From Lama glama (taxonomy: Eukaryota), in NCBI GenBank assembly GCA_028534125.1, contig CM052818.1, positions 42,286,001-42,350,000 on the forward strand: DNA of 64,000 nucleotides, read 5' to 3'. Shown piece after piece: positions 38,657 through 51,792 of this stretch. A model generated the notes under the pieces. It searched no databases. It saw only the letters and a list, made by a program, of their open reading frames with translations, and was not told the DNA's origin. Both the position numbers and the translations under genes were made by a program. Each line of letters begins with the position of its first letter. Within the stretch, counting starts at the first letter, position 1.

Positions 38657-39156
38657 NNNNNNNNNNNNNNNNNNNNNNNNNNNNNNNNNNNNNNNNNNNN
38701 NNNNNNNNNNNNNNNNNNNNNNNNNNNNNNNNNNNNNNNNNNNNNNNNNNNNNNNNNNNNNNNNNNNNNNNNNNNNNNNNNNNNNNNNNNNNNNNNNNNN
38801 NNNNNNNNNNNNNNNNNNNNNNNNNNNNNNNNNNNNNNNNNNNNNNNNNNNNNNNNNNNNNNNNNNNNNNNNNNNNNNNNNNNNNNNNNNNNNNNNNNNN
38901 NNNNNNNNNNNNNNNNNNNNNNNNNNNNNNNNNNNNNNNNNNNNNNNNNNNNNNNNNNNNNNNNNNNNNNNNNNNNNNNNNNNNNNNNNNNNNNNNNNNN
39001 NNNNNNNNNNNNNNNNNNNNNNNNNNNNNNNNNNNNNNNNNNNNNNNNNNNNNNNNNNNNNNNNNNNNNNNNNNNNNNNNNNNNNNNNNNNNNNNNNNNN
39101 NNNNNNNNNNNNNNNNNNNNNNNNNNNNNNNNNNNNNNNNNNNNNNNNNNNNNNNN
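38657..39156. other. Assembly gap (500 N)
   Basis: run of N. Confidence 1.
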
Positions 39157-39588
39157 TCATCAGTGTTTTATAGTTTTCCGTGTATAAGTCTTTCACCTCC
39201 TTGGTTAGATTTATTCCTAGGTATTTTATTACTTTGGGTGCTATTTTAAAGGGGATTGTTTCTTTCTTTTTCTGTTGATTCATCATTAGCGTAAAGAAAT
39301 GCAACTGATTTTTGAACGTTAATCTTGTAACCTGCTACCTTGCTGAATTCTTCGATCAGCTCTAGTAGTTTTTGTGTGGACCTTTTGGGGTTTTCTATAT
39401 ATAGTAACATGTCATCGGCATATAGTGGCACTTTTACCTCTTCTTTTCCAATTTGGATCCCTTTTATTTCTTTCTCTTGCCTGATTGCTGTGGCTAGGAC
39501 TTCTAAGACTGTGTTGAATAGGAGTGGTGATAGTGGGCAGCCTTGTCTTGTCTCAGATTTCAGTGGGAAGCTTTTGAGTTTTTCACCA
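39157..39588 (-). mobile_element. Relatively young LINE-1 ORF2 reverse-transcriptase fragment (frameshifted)
   Basis: minus-strand [55 protein letters not shown] (YADD motif); continues in another frame as [25 protein letters not shown]. Confidence 0.95.
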
Positions 39589-39589
39589 T

Positions 39590-39930
39590 CCCTGTGTTTT
39601 AACTGCATGATTTGTCATCTTCTTGAGCTGTAAGAGTTTTGTTGTTGTTGTTGTCATTATTGTTTTTAAACTCTGGATACAAGTTGTTACTGGATGTATG
39701 ATTTGAAAATATTTTTTTCTCATCGTGTGAGTTGACGTTTTACTTTCTTAATGGTGACTTTTGAAGTGCAAAAACCTTTTAATGTTTTTGACAGTCCAGT
39801 TTATTAATATTTTCTTTTATTGCTTGTGCTTTTGCTATTGTATCTGAGAAATCTGGGCCTAATTTAAGGTTGTGAAGATTTACTCCTGTGCTTTTTCCTA
39901 AGAATTCTATAGTTTTAGCCTTTATATTTA
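39590..39930 (-). mobile_element. Older LINE-1 ORF2 3' fragment, antisense
   Basis: ttgagctgtaagagttt...gaagatttactcctgtgctttttcctaagaattctatagttttagcc. Confidence 0.75.
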
Positions 39931-41029
39931 TTGGTAAATAAGTCATAATGAGCCACTTTTTATATTAGGTAAGTACAGGGTTGAGGAATATCCACATACA
40001 GAAAGATGGACTTAGACCTTTACCTCATATCACACACACACACATTAACTCAATAGGATTATATTTGTTTTTTTCTTTTATGTGATATCTTGCTCCTTCT
40101 TAAAGGATTTTAAATCTTATATTTAGAATGCACAGACACAAATTAATATTTTGAAGTTTAAAATGATTTCATCTGAAGTAGGTTTTTGTTACAGTTATTA
40201 TCTTAATAATTTCTTTTTCCCAGATGTTTTCGAATTTTGGTTTGCAAGCTCATTGTGAGCCATCCAATTCATTTAATTTTCATTTCCCCAGACCCTACTT
40301 AAGGATTCTGGAGTTTGGGATTTCCTTCAGTCTTATCCCTTGGTACTTCAGTCCAGAACCACATCCTTTATTAACTTTTCACTTTGGACTCCCTCCCGCT
40401 TGTACCAGTGAGGACGTGAGACCTGGAACCAATGAGGGATTTGGCCCAGTTCCTTTGGGCTCTGACTTTTGTTCTCTTTCTCCCTAGGCCCACTACTTTA
40501 TATAAATAAATATAAATAGATAGCCCCAGGTAGTGAGCCAGGCTGAAGCCTCTCCACCTTATGGGGAATCTTTTCGATTCATAGTCTTACCTGCAAAGGA
40601 GCATCTGGCAGCCCTTGCGAGCATCTGAACTCTGAGCCTCCAAATGTTGAACTCTAAACTTGAGTGTCTTTTGACCCTTTTTTCCTTTTATTTTCAGGAT
40701 TTTGGAGCACGGTGAACATATTGAAACATAGTTCATGGCTCCATCTTGACTGGAATGTGTTATTTTTTTTTAAATGACAAATCCAGTACAGATTTTTATT
40801 TTAATAATCCACTTATGTGAAGATAAGAGTTCAGATAATTAATGTAATCTGGCACGCTTTATTTCTTGAAAGTGAAAAAAGAGAGAGAGATGTGACATTT
40901 CTGAAAGTGTGAAACACTCAAGAGGGATGTTAACACATTTGTTAACTCTGGTAGGAGGTGCATGTTTATTTGTGGTAACTTTGGTCTTTCTGATTTTTTC
41001 AAATATGAAACTAATCAATAATGCATGAA

Positions 41030-41510
41030 AGAAAAGAATACATGAAGATGTAAGTTCTCTTTCTTCTCTCTCAGTTCCTTCCTCTCCCCATTCTATGAGT
41101 CCTACTGCTCAGAGGTAAACGTTTTAGTTTATATATATCCTTCCAGACTTTTTCTGAGTGTAGACAGACTTTCTGTACAGCGCACCTCTGTCTCCTGGAG
41201 GACTGTTATTTTGTTCTTACTAAAATGGATTCATACTGCATATATTATTTTGAAGCTTGCTTTTTTCAAGTACTGATATATGTCATGGACATCTGCTCTT
41301 GTCATTACGTACAGACTGTTTGTGTCATGGTGTGATACTGGTCGTTGGATGCATATACCATGATTTATTTATCTTTTCCTTTGTTTTGGGACATTTAGAT
41401 TGTGCCCAGTATTCCTCTATTTTTGACTGAACTGCGCTGAGCATTTTTATGTACACATCTTTGAATATTCATGTCAGTATTGCCCTGGGATAAAATGGGA
41501 GAAATGGCTA
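41030..41510 (-). mobile_element. Ancient L1 (L1ME-like) fragment
   Basis: aaatggattcatactgcatatattattttgaagcttgctttttt...gggacatttagattgt. Confidence 0.55.
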
Positions 41511-41965
41511 CAGAAATAGACAATTTCCTGTTTCTTGTCCTTTATCCTCCTTAGCTTTGTGTAAGTGCTGACTGAAAAACTGGGCATGGAAAAAGAAAAT
41601 AGAATATACTTCTGTTTTCTAACTACAGATCACTTAATCTGGATCCAAGAATACTGGTCCCTAAAGCCCTGGAAAGAATGTGTCAAATTTGGTGTGTTTT
41701 TGTGTGTCTGTCTCTGACTTTGTGTGTTCATGCATATGCAGGTGCATGTGCAGTTCCCTGGGGGAAGCACTTACAGTCATCGTCAGAAATACGCAGGGGT
41801 CCATGACGCCCAAAGATGAGCACAGCTGAACTGTAGCCTGGTTAATTAGCAGATGAACTGAAGCAGAGTCAGACTTTAGAGTGATTTACTCCGTAGGGTA
41901 TTTTTCTACTGCGTTTTCTGACAAATAGTTTTAAAAGTAGCATCACCCGTAATAAGGGTTGCATT

Positions 41966-42025
41966 CTTAATATTTTTAATTCAGGGTGGAATTTGCTTAA
42001 TATTTTGAATTCAGTATGAAATTTG
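41966..42025 (+). repeat. 30-bp tandem duplication (2 diverged copies)
   Basis: cttaatatttttaattcagggtggaatttg / cttaatattttgaattcagtatgaaatttg. Confidence 0.85.
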
Positions 42026-44386
42026 CTGGACGTAAGTGCTAGGTGCAGGGAATTACTTTGGATTATTTCCAGGTAGTTTGGAGGAGAAGGGGTAGTAACC
42101 AAGCTCAGTCTGAGTTCTGTTTGTAATCTGTACCCAGGTCGCGGGTACCACCAGCCCAGGGCACAGGTGGCAAACAAGTTTCTCAGAAATTAACCCTCAT
42201 ATTACCAGATACCAGAGAAGGCAACTCATAAGTGGATCGTTTATTATGGTAATTGATCAACAGGAATTGTTTGTGTAAAAGCCAAGCTTGACATGTGGAA
42301 TGTTCTTGTTCTTGTGAACCTGTTTGGTAATGTTGTCTGTTGTAAGGTCTGAAAAATACTATTGGTGCTTAGTACGTTAACCTTTGAGCTGTGTAACACT
42401 TGACATTAATGGGATTTCATGTTAAATTTTATGCTGGAGGTTGTTGACTTGGTTTGGGGGATTAAACTATTTCAGCCGTTATATACTCTAATCAGCAGTG
42501 TGCAACTATGGATAGAAAAACTGCCAGTATAATCATTTCAGGGGTAAACTTTGCCTAACCTCCTTTTTCTTTCCCTATTACATGAAGTTGAAAGAAAAGT
42601 GTTTTCCTCGTTAATGACTAGTTACACTGTAATCATGGTAGAGGGACCCCAGATTAAATGCTGCTTCTGTGATCCAAATAAGCCCTTTATTTTACTTTCT
42701 CTTTTGTGATTCTTATTGGGGGAAATCTCTTACAGAAAATCCTTTTCTCATGTACATTTCTGATCATCTGAATTTCATTTATCTTCTGGAACAAACTTTT
42801 CAGTTCCAGATGTTTAAAATTTTCTACCTTGAGTTAGCCAACCCGTATGAACAGAGTAAAGTTTATTTTATGAAATGGAATAATTGTTTTGTAGCCTATA
42901 TTTTTAAATATTTTTCAATTGACTTGAATTTCCTCTGAATGAAGTTTTATCCTGTTTAAGTGCCATATTTCTCTTCATGTTTATATTTTTAGTTCTCTAC
43001 TTGGATTAGTTGATAACATTCAAATCATTCAGTACCCTTCTCAATTAAGAAGATTCTGAAGATGAACCGGAATTGAAAATGTGGTCTGAAATCTTACTTG
43101 AATAACATTTAACTACTTTAAACATAAAATATTAGGGCTTAGAAAATGTTTCTTCAAACATGTAAATAGAGCAGTAAAACCAGACTCCTGACACACATCT
43201 ACAGATACACACTAGAGATTAGGGACTTTCACATACCCTGAACATTTTAGTCATGAATAAACATAGCCCCTGCCCTTGAAAAGCCACTCTCTGGTTGGGA
43301 AGACAAACAGACAAATGCAGAAGAATAAATTAACTTAAATAAATACTCACATGTGTGTAACGTAGTGCCAGTGGATCAAAACCCTGCAGAGAGCAAATGG
43401 GCCACACATTTTGAGAGCCCGGTCGGGTCAAGAACAGAGGAGACACCCCAGCCAGTTGCCTGTGGGTGGCATATTCACCTTGTTTGATCTGCAGTTTAAA
43501 CTTGTGTCTCAAGTGGTATCCCCGTGCCTGCTTGGCAGTGTTACCTTAAAACTTAGGGACGACCACACGAAGCACCTAGTTCAGCACCTGACGCAGAGTA
43601 GAGATCTGATAAACGGTGGCCATTATGACTCTTGCGTATTATAGGCAAGAGTCCTACGCATCACTCTTGGTGAATAAGATGTCTGGATCTGGCTGACTGC
43701 TCTCTGTGAACCTGGTCCTCTCTTCTCCCTCAACAACTCACTTTGCTCATTTTTACCTTTACCCTTATCTAACCCTGCTTTACAGACCCCTTTTTCCACC
43801 CAGTGTTTTGCTTTTTCACTCTGAGTCCTTCACTAAGTCTTAGCTTGGCTCCCATCCCCTTTCTTTGTTAGATGGGTGGATTCGGAATCTTTGAATCGCT
43901 CTGCTTATCTGACTTACCTCAGGCCCTTTTCACCTTGAGAAGAATTAGAAATAAAAACATTAAAACTTAATATGTGCATTCAGATGCAAATATTCCTTAC
44001 AGTAACCTCACCTTTGTCAAATGAGTAATTTATTTCTTAATCAGTCTAAATACTAAATACTTAAAATGTCTTCTCAAAGAAACAGCACGAGTACCTCATG
44101 GGAGGATATTAGATTGGTAAAAAACAGAAAGAACCCATTATTTGCCTCATAAATATTTCTGAAAGGGATTATTTGACTAACATGCTGTGATATATTTCCC
44201 TTTACTGAATTTTATTTTGTAAATAATTCAAGGAGGTACAATATGCTAGTAGTGTCTTGTTTCACATTTTTTTGTGATTGGCAGAGATGGATTTTTACAT
44301 CTGTTTATCTTCACTCTTTGCTCTGTTTTTGAGACTATGCACATTTTTGCTCTTGCTGTTTTCTTTTTTTTTTTTTTTTAACATAG

Positions 44387-44554
44387 GATGAGGTCAGTGT
44401 CCCAGGCAGCAACTCGGCTGACCTGCTCCACTGGACCACTGCCACCACCATGAAAGTGCTCTCCAACACCACGACCACCACCAGGGCCGTGCTGCAGGCC
44501 GTCAGCGACGGGCAGTGGTGGAAGAAGTCTTTGACTTACCTTCGACCCCTTCAG
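44387..44554 (+). CDS. NBAS: NBAS coding exon (168 nt)
   Basis: poly-T tract, acatag|GATGAG...CTTCAG|gtgagc; DEVSVPGSNSADLLHWTTATTMKVLSNTTTTTRAVLQAVSDGQWWKKSLTYLRPLQ; phase 0/0. Confidence 0.96.
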
Positions 44555-45211
44555 GTGAGCAACGCAGCTTGCTTTTTGAAGTCAGCTGTGTGGTTTTTGT
44601 ATCAATTCATTAGCACGCTCTTCAGTTTTTCACTGTTGCTACAACTTTATCTTCTTTAGATTATTAAAACAATCTATGAAGAAATCTAGGCCTCCCAACA
44701 GCTAGGGAATAAGTAATGTATTTTATAGAGTACAGTATTCTATCATGCAGTACTTGTGAAAGACACTGATAGATGTAGGTAAAATTTGGTTTATATGTCA
44801 GAACTAAATTAACTGGGATGAAAGGGAGAATGACATGGAGGATTTTTGAGAAAGGGAGCGGCAATGTGTACAAAACGATGCTTCAGAAAGGTTACCCTGA
44901 CTGTTGTATAGAAAACTTGCCGTGTGTATAACATGGATTGCTTCATTGATTCTGATTCAGTGATGTCAAAGTGACCAGGAAAATCGAAAGGCCCTGCCAT
45001 GTGAGGTTGAGGTGCTGCTCTTGCGTGTGGTGATCATTCCTGCACCCTCCACTGTACCCGTGTCACTCTGACACTCTCTGGATCACACAATGCACATTGA
45101 TTAGTTCCTCCTGATACCTATGCGTTCTTTCTTCCTTCCTCCTTTCCTCCCACCCCACCCCTCTCCGCTCTCTTTCTCTTTATCCACTGTTCCCCGCTTT
45201 GTTCTGTTTAG

Positions 45212-45325
45212 GGGCAAGAATTCGGGGGTGCTTATCAAATCGGAACCATAGCCAATGAAGGTCTAGAAAAACAAGGCTGCCATCCTTTTTATGAATCCGT
45301 CATTACCAATCCCTGTGTTGTCGAG
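45212..45325 (+). CDS. NBAS: NBAS coding exon (114 nt)
   Basis: gtttag|GGGCAA...GTCGAG|gtaagg; GQEFGGAYQIGTIANEGLEKQGCHPFYESVITNPCVVE; phase 0/0. Confidence 0.94.
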
Positions 45326-45662
45326 GTAAGGACAGTGTGTCTGGGGACAGGTAAGTTACTGTCGTGCTCTTGGGGGCATTTTACTATAAACAAAGGCTCA
45401 AATTTTCCTGGAAATGTACTACTTTTTCTTTGTTCTTACTCATGCTATTCATTGGTTTTATGTGATTTGTTTCATATACGTTACAATGTATGTAATGAGA
45501 CTAAAAGCTGTTTATAGTTCTACATGCAATAATATGCTTTGGTAAGTGAGAAATTACAATCCAGGTTACCGGAAGATAGAAGTCCCATCATTATATTTTC
45601 TAAGAATATCTTCATAGAGGAAAAGACGTCCTACCACACGGTGTAACTGTTTCTTTGTCTAG

Positions 45663-45786
45663 TCTCAAGTGACCTGTGACGCCTATCAGCATGTCCCAGT
45701 AGAAAGCTTTGCAGAAGTGCTGCTGAGAACTGGGAAGCTGGCAGAGACTAAAACTGAAGGAGAAGAAGTATTTCCAGCGACAGAAG
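45663..45786 (+). CDS. NBAS: NBAS coding exon (124 nt)
   Basis: gtctag|TCTCAA...GAAG|gtagga; SQVTCDAYQHVPVESFAEVLLRTGKLAETKTEGEEVFPATE; phase 0/1. Confidence 0.94.
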
Positions 45787-46324
45787 GTAGGAAAGAAGGT
45801 TCTAGTTCCTTGACAGTGTATAGATCATACTGGGAGAATAATAAAGAAGACTGAATTAAGTTATTGAGTTAAGCAGATGAAAAGAGGGGGGATATTAAGA
45901 GGGAGAAGGGGGATATTTTAGGTAGAGGAATAAAATTCGCTGAAGCAAAGAAGATAGACATTATTCACGATTTTTCAGGGATTTGTAAGTGACTCTAACG
46001 CTCGGGGAGAAGAGAATGTGTGAGCAGCTGGTGAAGAAATGAGGCAGCAGTAGGCTGGGAGGACCGTGGGTGCTAAGTTAAACATTTTAAATGAGCCCTC
46101 TGCTGAAAGCAATAGGAATTTCAAGCAAAAGAGTATTATTCCTCATCTGTAAAATGGGCACAACAGTCTGTGTGATCCACCCCCAGACCGTTGCTCTGTA
46201 ATGCTGGTGGGGGGCCCCGTCTGTGCACCTCTTCCTAACGACCAGTCCTGGCCTGCACTAGCTTCCTTGCTGTCGATCATCTGGGATCTAGTTATGACTT
46301 CACCTTGTTTTCAAGGCCTGCTGC

Positions 46325-46500
46325 TGTAGTGCTGCATCCTGGTACACGTTAGCATCACTTAGGGCGTTTTTAAGAAATACTGAAGCCTGGGACCACCGTA
46401 GACCATTTATTTCAGAATCCCTGAAGTTAGGCCTATACATCAAATCTCTCTTAGAGTTCGTCAGGCCATTCAGATGTGTAACCATGGTTAAGAAGCTTTG
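46325..46500. mobile_element. MER5-like hAT-Charlie DNA transposon
   Basis: gttagcatcacttagggcgtttttaagaaatactgaagcctggg...tcagaatccctg...atggttaagaagc. Confidence 0.65.
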
Positions 46501-47389
46501 AATGTATCACTTGAGATAATAGATTCTTCTTAATGGTCCTCTGTTTAGTCTTCAAACTCTGACACACTTGCTTTCTGAGCCTCTCACCTGGCGTCCTGGA
46601 GAAAGGCGCCTGTATCCTTTATGTCTGTGTCTGGTCTTTTCACCCTGAGGGTCATATCTTGAGTGCCGTATCTTTCCAACACGCTTACCAGAGTTTTCTG
46701 TACGAGAGATGCGAAACCCGTGTCTCCTCACAGCGATGAGATAAGTACAGAGTGTACACGCAGTCACTGGGGCGGGAACTGACATCATGCTCATGGTGAG
46801 TCTGAACCCGAGCCCCAGACACGCGGGTTCTGTTCTTAGCAGCGTCTGTGTGTCTGAGATTCTAGTGGGACTGCAGGGGTTTTCTTTCTGCCCCCATGTT
46901 TCTTCAAATTGTCTTTTCTGACAGATTTGGATATTCCACCAAGAGAATGAATCTAAGTGCATTAAAATATCTAAAACTTTTTTTTTCAATATTGTTGAAT
47001 GGGAGGAGCACCTCCTGTGTATGTTAAGAATGGAACTTTTTAAATTGAGAAGTGATTTTTTTAATCATCATCATCACTTTAATTTACATGTTAGTTTATA
47101 ATTTATGAAGCATTTTCATAAACATCACATGTGATATATCTTTTTTGCAGATAAGTAGGCAACTTTATTATAGAGGAGGTACAAATAAAGTGAGATTTCA
47201 TAGATCTGATACATTAGAATGCAAGATATTTCATTTAAAAATATATTTAGATATTCCTAGCCCTTGAAATTTATAAGGAGTCAATCAACAAACTGTAGCC
47301 ATACTCTTCCCAGCATGCCTTTTGTTGCATCTGTCAAATGGCATTCTGATTTGAATGAACCTTATCTACGTGACATCTTTTTTCTTCCA

Positions 47390-47870
47390 GTTTTATTGAA
47401 TAAAATTGACATACAGTGCGGTATAAATTTAAGGTGTACAGTGTAACAGTTTGACTTATATGCCTCATGAAATGATAATGAAAGTAAGTTTAGTGAACAT
47501 CCATCATCTCATATAGGTACAAAATAAGCGAAAAAAGATTTTTTCCTTGTGATGAGAACTCTTAGGATTTACTCTCTGAGTTACTTTCGTATGTTACATG
47601 CAGCAGTGTTGATTACATTAACCATGTTGTGCATTGTATTCCTAGCAGTTTCTTACACTATGACTGGAAGTTTGTACCTTTGACTACTTTCATCTGATTC
47701 CCCCTCCTCCTCCCCTCTGCCTCTGATAACCACAAATCTGATCTCTTTTTTTCTGTGACTTGGTCTGCTTGTTTTTGAAGTATAATTGACCTACAACACT
47801 GTTAGTTCTTGGTATACAGCATAGTGTTTTGACATTTCTACACGTTACAAAATGATCACCACATTTGGTA
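47390..47870 (-). mobile_element. LINE-1 3' end, antisense; same family as the 11.4-12.2 kb copy
   Basis: shares cttaggatttactctc, actggaagtttgt, accacaaatctgatctc with the 11.4 kb element. Confidence 0.85.
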
Positions 47871-49099
47871 TCTCTTGATAATGCTAACATGTCTGAAACA
47901 GATATCTTTGGCTATTTTTTAGCATCCAAATACTTGTCAGAAACTCAGCAGAATTAAAGAATCATATCGGTTAAATGACCCAATTTAAAAATTGTAAAAA
48001 TGTGACTCCTAACTTTGGTTCAGAAGTAGGTCATGATACAAATTAAACTTCCCAACATCATCTGACTTTCCAGAAATTTTTTAATAAAGTTGATGAAAGG
48101 TTTTTATGGAGACTAGCTAAAGAAAATTGATCATTATTTATTTAGCTAAATGAATGATTTAAGGCTAATGATTTCCAAATCAATAATATGGGCAGCTCTT
48201 CTCTGTGAATTTAGTTTTGGAATTAAATTTATCATAGAGTGCTTTCCAGCGGCACTTATTTTGCACAGAATTAGTGCTTGGAGGCTTTGGCATAGATTTC
48301 ATCTGATTTTGTCTGTATAACTTGTTTAGAAAATGCATTGTATTCAAGGTTAGAGAACACACATTGCAAATTAAATTCACACACACCATTAAATCTCAGG
48401 CAGGCTTCTTTTCTTTTTTATTATATATTAAATGGTAATGTAGAATCACCGTGACTTAGTCTGCAGACAACATGACATCTGGTAGATCCCAGTGAAACCC
48501 AGTGAGATCTAGTCGGCTTCAGACCCTCATTGATAATTTTGTCATATGTTGCTTTAAATGCTTTGCAGATTCAAAGTCTGGGAAGCTTTCCATGTGTGGG
48601 GTTTTGATTTCTACTTTGCAAGAGATTTAAGCCTCAGTGAGCACTGCCAAGAGTTTTGATGAGGTGGAGTTGGGGTAGTGTCTGCCCGCTAACCAGCCAT
48701 CAGGTCCCTTCAACAATTCAGTTACTAGTCAGGAGAGGTTCTGGACTCGGCACTTGGGTTATAGAGATTAATGAGCTGTGATCTGGCTGTGGCAGAAAAA
48801 GATGTCACGGAATGACTTCACCAACAATTGTGTTAAGGATTAGGGAAGAGATATGACCTCTTTCCTTTCAGCCTGGGGACGGTGGTATGCCTGACACTGG
48901 TGATGGTGCGTTTTCCAGGCCTGGAGCAGCTAGGCCATCAGGGGCTTTGTGTGGCCAGAAACTGAGCAGTCTGAGTGCTGGAGACCAGGCACATGTGTAC
49001 TTGTCCACAAGGATCTTTCCAGAAACCCCCATTTGGGAAATAAATAACTGATGGGGAGCTTTAGCATTTGACAGCAGAGAGAATATTTCCTCATCCTCC

Positions 49100-49900
49100 A
49101 ATGTTTTATTAAGGAGATTTTCAAATGCACAGAGAAGTTGAGAACATTCTACAGTGAAATCCCATATATTCTCCACCTAGATCCTACAATTAACATTTTA
49201 CTGTACTTGTATAGTTCATCCACCAAATCCAGCTTATTTTCTGACACATTTCAAGGTTTCAGACATAGTTACACTTCACCCCTTGACACTGCACCGTGCA
49301 TATCTTTAACTAGAGTCAATATTTATTGCCTTTTTTCAGATGACATTTACAAACAATGAAATGCAAAAGTCTTGAATGTAGACCTAAGACTGTATGAGTT
49401 CTGACAGGTGCCGCACCTGTGTAACCCCGACTCCTCTCAAGATGCAGAACATTACTGTCGCCCCAGAAAGTTCACGCCTCTTCCCAGCAAACACCACCCC
49501 CGCTGCCAACAGGTTGCCAGCATTCTGATTTTCACCCTGCTGTAGATTCGTTTTGAATGTCCTAAAATTCATTCAGGAGAACCATACAGGATGTATTCTT
49601 GTGTGTGAAACTTGAGATTCATCTGTATCTGTCAGCAGGTGTTTCTTCTTTCTTCTTTTTAAAAAAATTGCTCAGAAGTATTCGCTTGTATGAATATACC
49701 TCGGTTTATCCGTCCTCCTGGTAAGGGACATGGGAGCTTTTTCCACCTGATGGTTGTTACGAAAAAGCTGCTGTGAATTCCTGTACTGTGTTTTTGTCGA
49801 CCTGTATCTTTTCTTCTCTCAGGCAAATATCTAAGGTTGGAATTGCTGGGCCAAGAATTATGCACTCATTTAGTTTTATAAGAAATTATCAGACCTGTTG
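49100..49900 (-). mobile_element. Old LINE-1 3' region, antisense
   Basis: gaaatgcaaaagtcttgaatgt...ggaattgctgggccaag...tttataagaaattatcagacc. Confidence 0.7.
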
Positions 49901-50429
49901 CTTTTCAGCTAATGTGATCTTTCTGGGCTCTGGTTCTTCAAGACTTGGGATTCTCCATCTGAGTTTTACCTGCCTTGGCAAGAAACAGACAGGGGCTTGC
50001 CTTCAGGATAAAAGCTATAGAAATGGGAAGGTCAGCAGTGCCATTCATTTTTCCAAATGGCAACTACCCTCCAGTTTCTGTCTGCTTTTGGTACCTTTCC
50101 AGTGCCTTCTGATACTTGTTTTTTGTACTTTATCCAGAGTTTATAGTTTTCATCTGCATGAGGGCTGTACCAATAAGGTAACCCGATCACCAAAGAATTT
50201 AAATAGAATTATTATTCTGGATTTCACTGGAGTTCATCCGATGACAGTGGGGCTAAAGTCTGAGTCAGGGGCAGTGGAAAGCCACGGCGCCTTTTTCTTG
50301 GGATTAATTGTGAGGAATCAGTTCGTATGAATGAAGGCCTACCTTCTGGGGGTAATTTTGGACTTACCCCAAATTTAAGGGATCTTCATCTTGAAGCAGA
50401 TGTCAGGAAGCCTCTTTTTAAAAAATTCT

Positions 50430-50665
50430 TATTTTTTATTGAAGTGTAATTAGTCGATTTACAGTGTTTGTTCCAGGTGTACAGCAAAGTGATTCAGTTA
50501 TATCGCTACATATATATGTATGTGTGTGTGTGTGTTTTCAGATTCTTTTCCATTACAGCTCATTACAAGAAATTGCATATAGTTCCCTGTGCTATAAGTA
50601 GGTCCTTTTTGTTTTTCTGTTTATATATACTAACTGTATCTGTTAGTCCCAAACTCCTAATCTGT
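50430..50665 (-). mobile_element. Short LINE-1 3' terminal fragment (artiodactyl-type)
   Basis: ggtgtacagcaaagtgattcagttata...atagttccctgtgctat...cccaaactcctaat. Confidence 0.8.
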
Positions 50666-51792
50666 CACCACTGGGGATCGAAGCCAGTTTTTCGGGACTT
50701 GAAGGAAGAAGGAGAGTCAAGGTGTCGGACACAGTGCAGGGTGGCCACTTGTTTAAGAGGTGGAGCCGTGGAAAGGAGGAGGGTGCTGCTGAGTTTGTTA
50801 GAAAGGAGCCCTCTCAAGGAAAGGACATAGTTCCCCGAGACTGGGGTGATTTGTTTATGTGTTGGTGCCTGGAAAATAGAAAAGAAGGACTTTGTGATTC
50901 TAAATCCTCTATTGGAAATTGAGGAAAGGAGCTATCTTCTTCCAGAGAGGTTGTGAGGAAAAAAATTCAGATAATTGTCGAGCGCTCAGCGAGGAGCAGG
51001 TGAGTAACGGGGAGGATGGCACAAGCGTGTCGGAGAGTCAGGCGCGTGTGTGTGGTCTGCGGCTTTCTTCCTGCTGAGGTTAATCCGTAGGCTTAAATAC
51101 GATCACTAACTCATTAATAATTAAGCCTTATATACAGTGGAAGTCATTGCCTCTGTTGCTGCTGTGGCAGTTATTAATGGAAGAACCTATTATCCATCAT
51201 TTTTAGGGGGAAATCAAATCATGTCCTGACTGAAGAACGTCATTTTGTTCCCTCCAGCCTGTAGTTTGCAGAGGAGGGAAGGGAACTTTGTAGGTGCTTC
51301 CATATGCTAGAGAGATGCTCTGCGCTGTACACAGTCTACTTCATTTAATACTGGTTTACAGATGAGGAAAATTAAGGCTCAGATCCAAAATCCAAAATGC
51401 TTTGAAAACCAAGGAGATTTTTTTTTTGTAGCATGTTTGGCATCAAAACCTGAACTATATTCACATGGAGTTTATTTACAATCTCTGCTTATCTCATTTA
51501 ATATGAGTATTCAGATGTTTTACAGCAGAAATATTAGTGTCTTTGATTATTGGGTGCTCTCAGACCATGCTGAGGGTATCATGTAATATGTGATATTTGT
51601 ACAGCATAACTTCTTTGACGTCCAAAAGGTTCTGGAACAAATTCTGGAACAAAAACTTATGCAGTAAGTCAGTCAGTGGTGGACCTTAGTTTTGATCCCA
51701 TCATGGTTTCCTTCCTGTTGTGTCATTCTGCCTGATTTTGTAGGCCAGAGATTTATTGTACATTTATAGATGTTTTAGTTTTTGTTCTAAAA

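Noticed and set aside
39246..39608. Stand-alone reverse transcriptase (retron/DGR-like system)
   Set aside because: Ordinary LINE-1 ORF2 sequence, truncated and frameshifted, inside a mammalian intron.
40200..40720. Cryptic exons after strong-looking acceptors (AG at 40222-40223 and 40697-40698)
   Set aside because: No convincing paired donor or NBAS-like coding frame; the flanking true exons join correctly without them.
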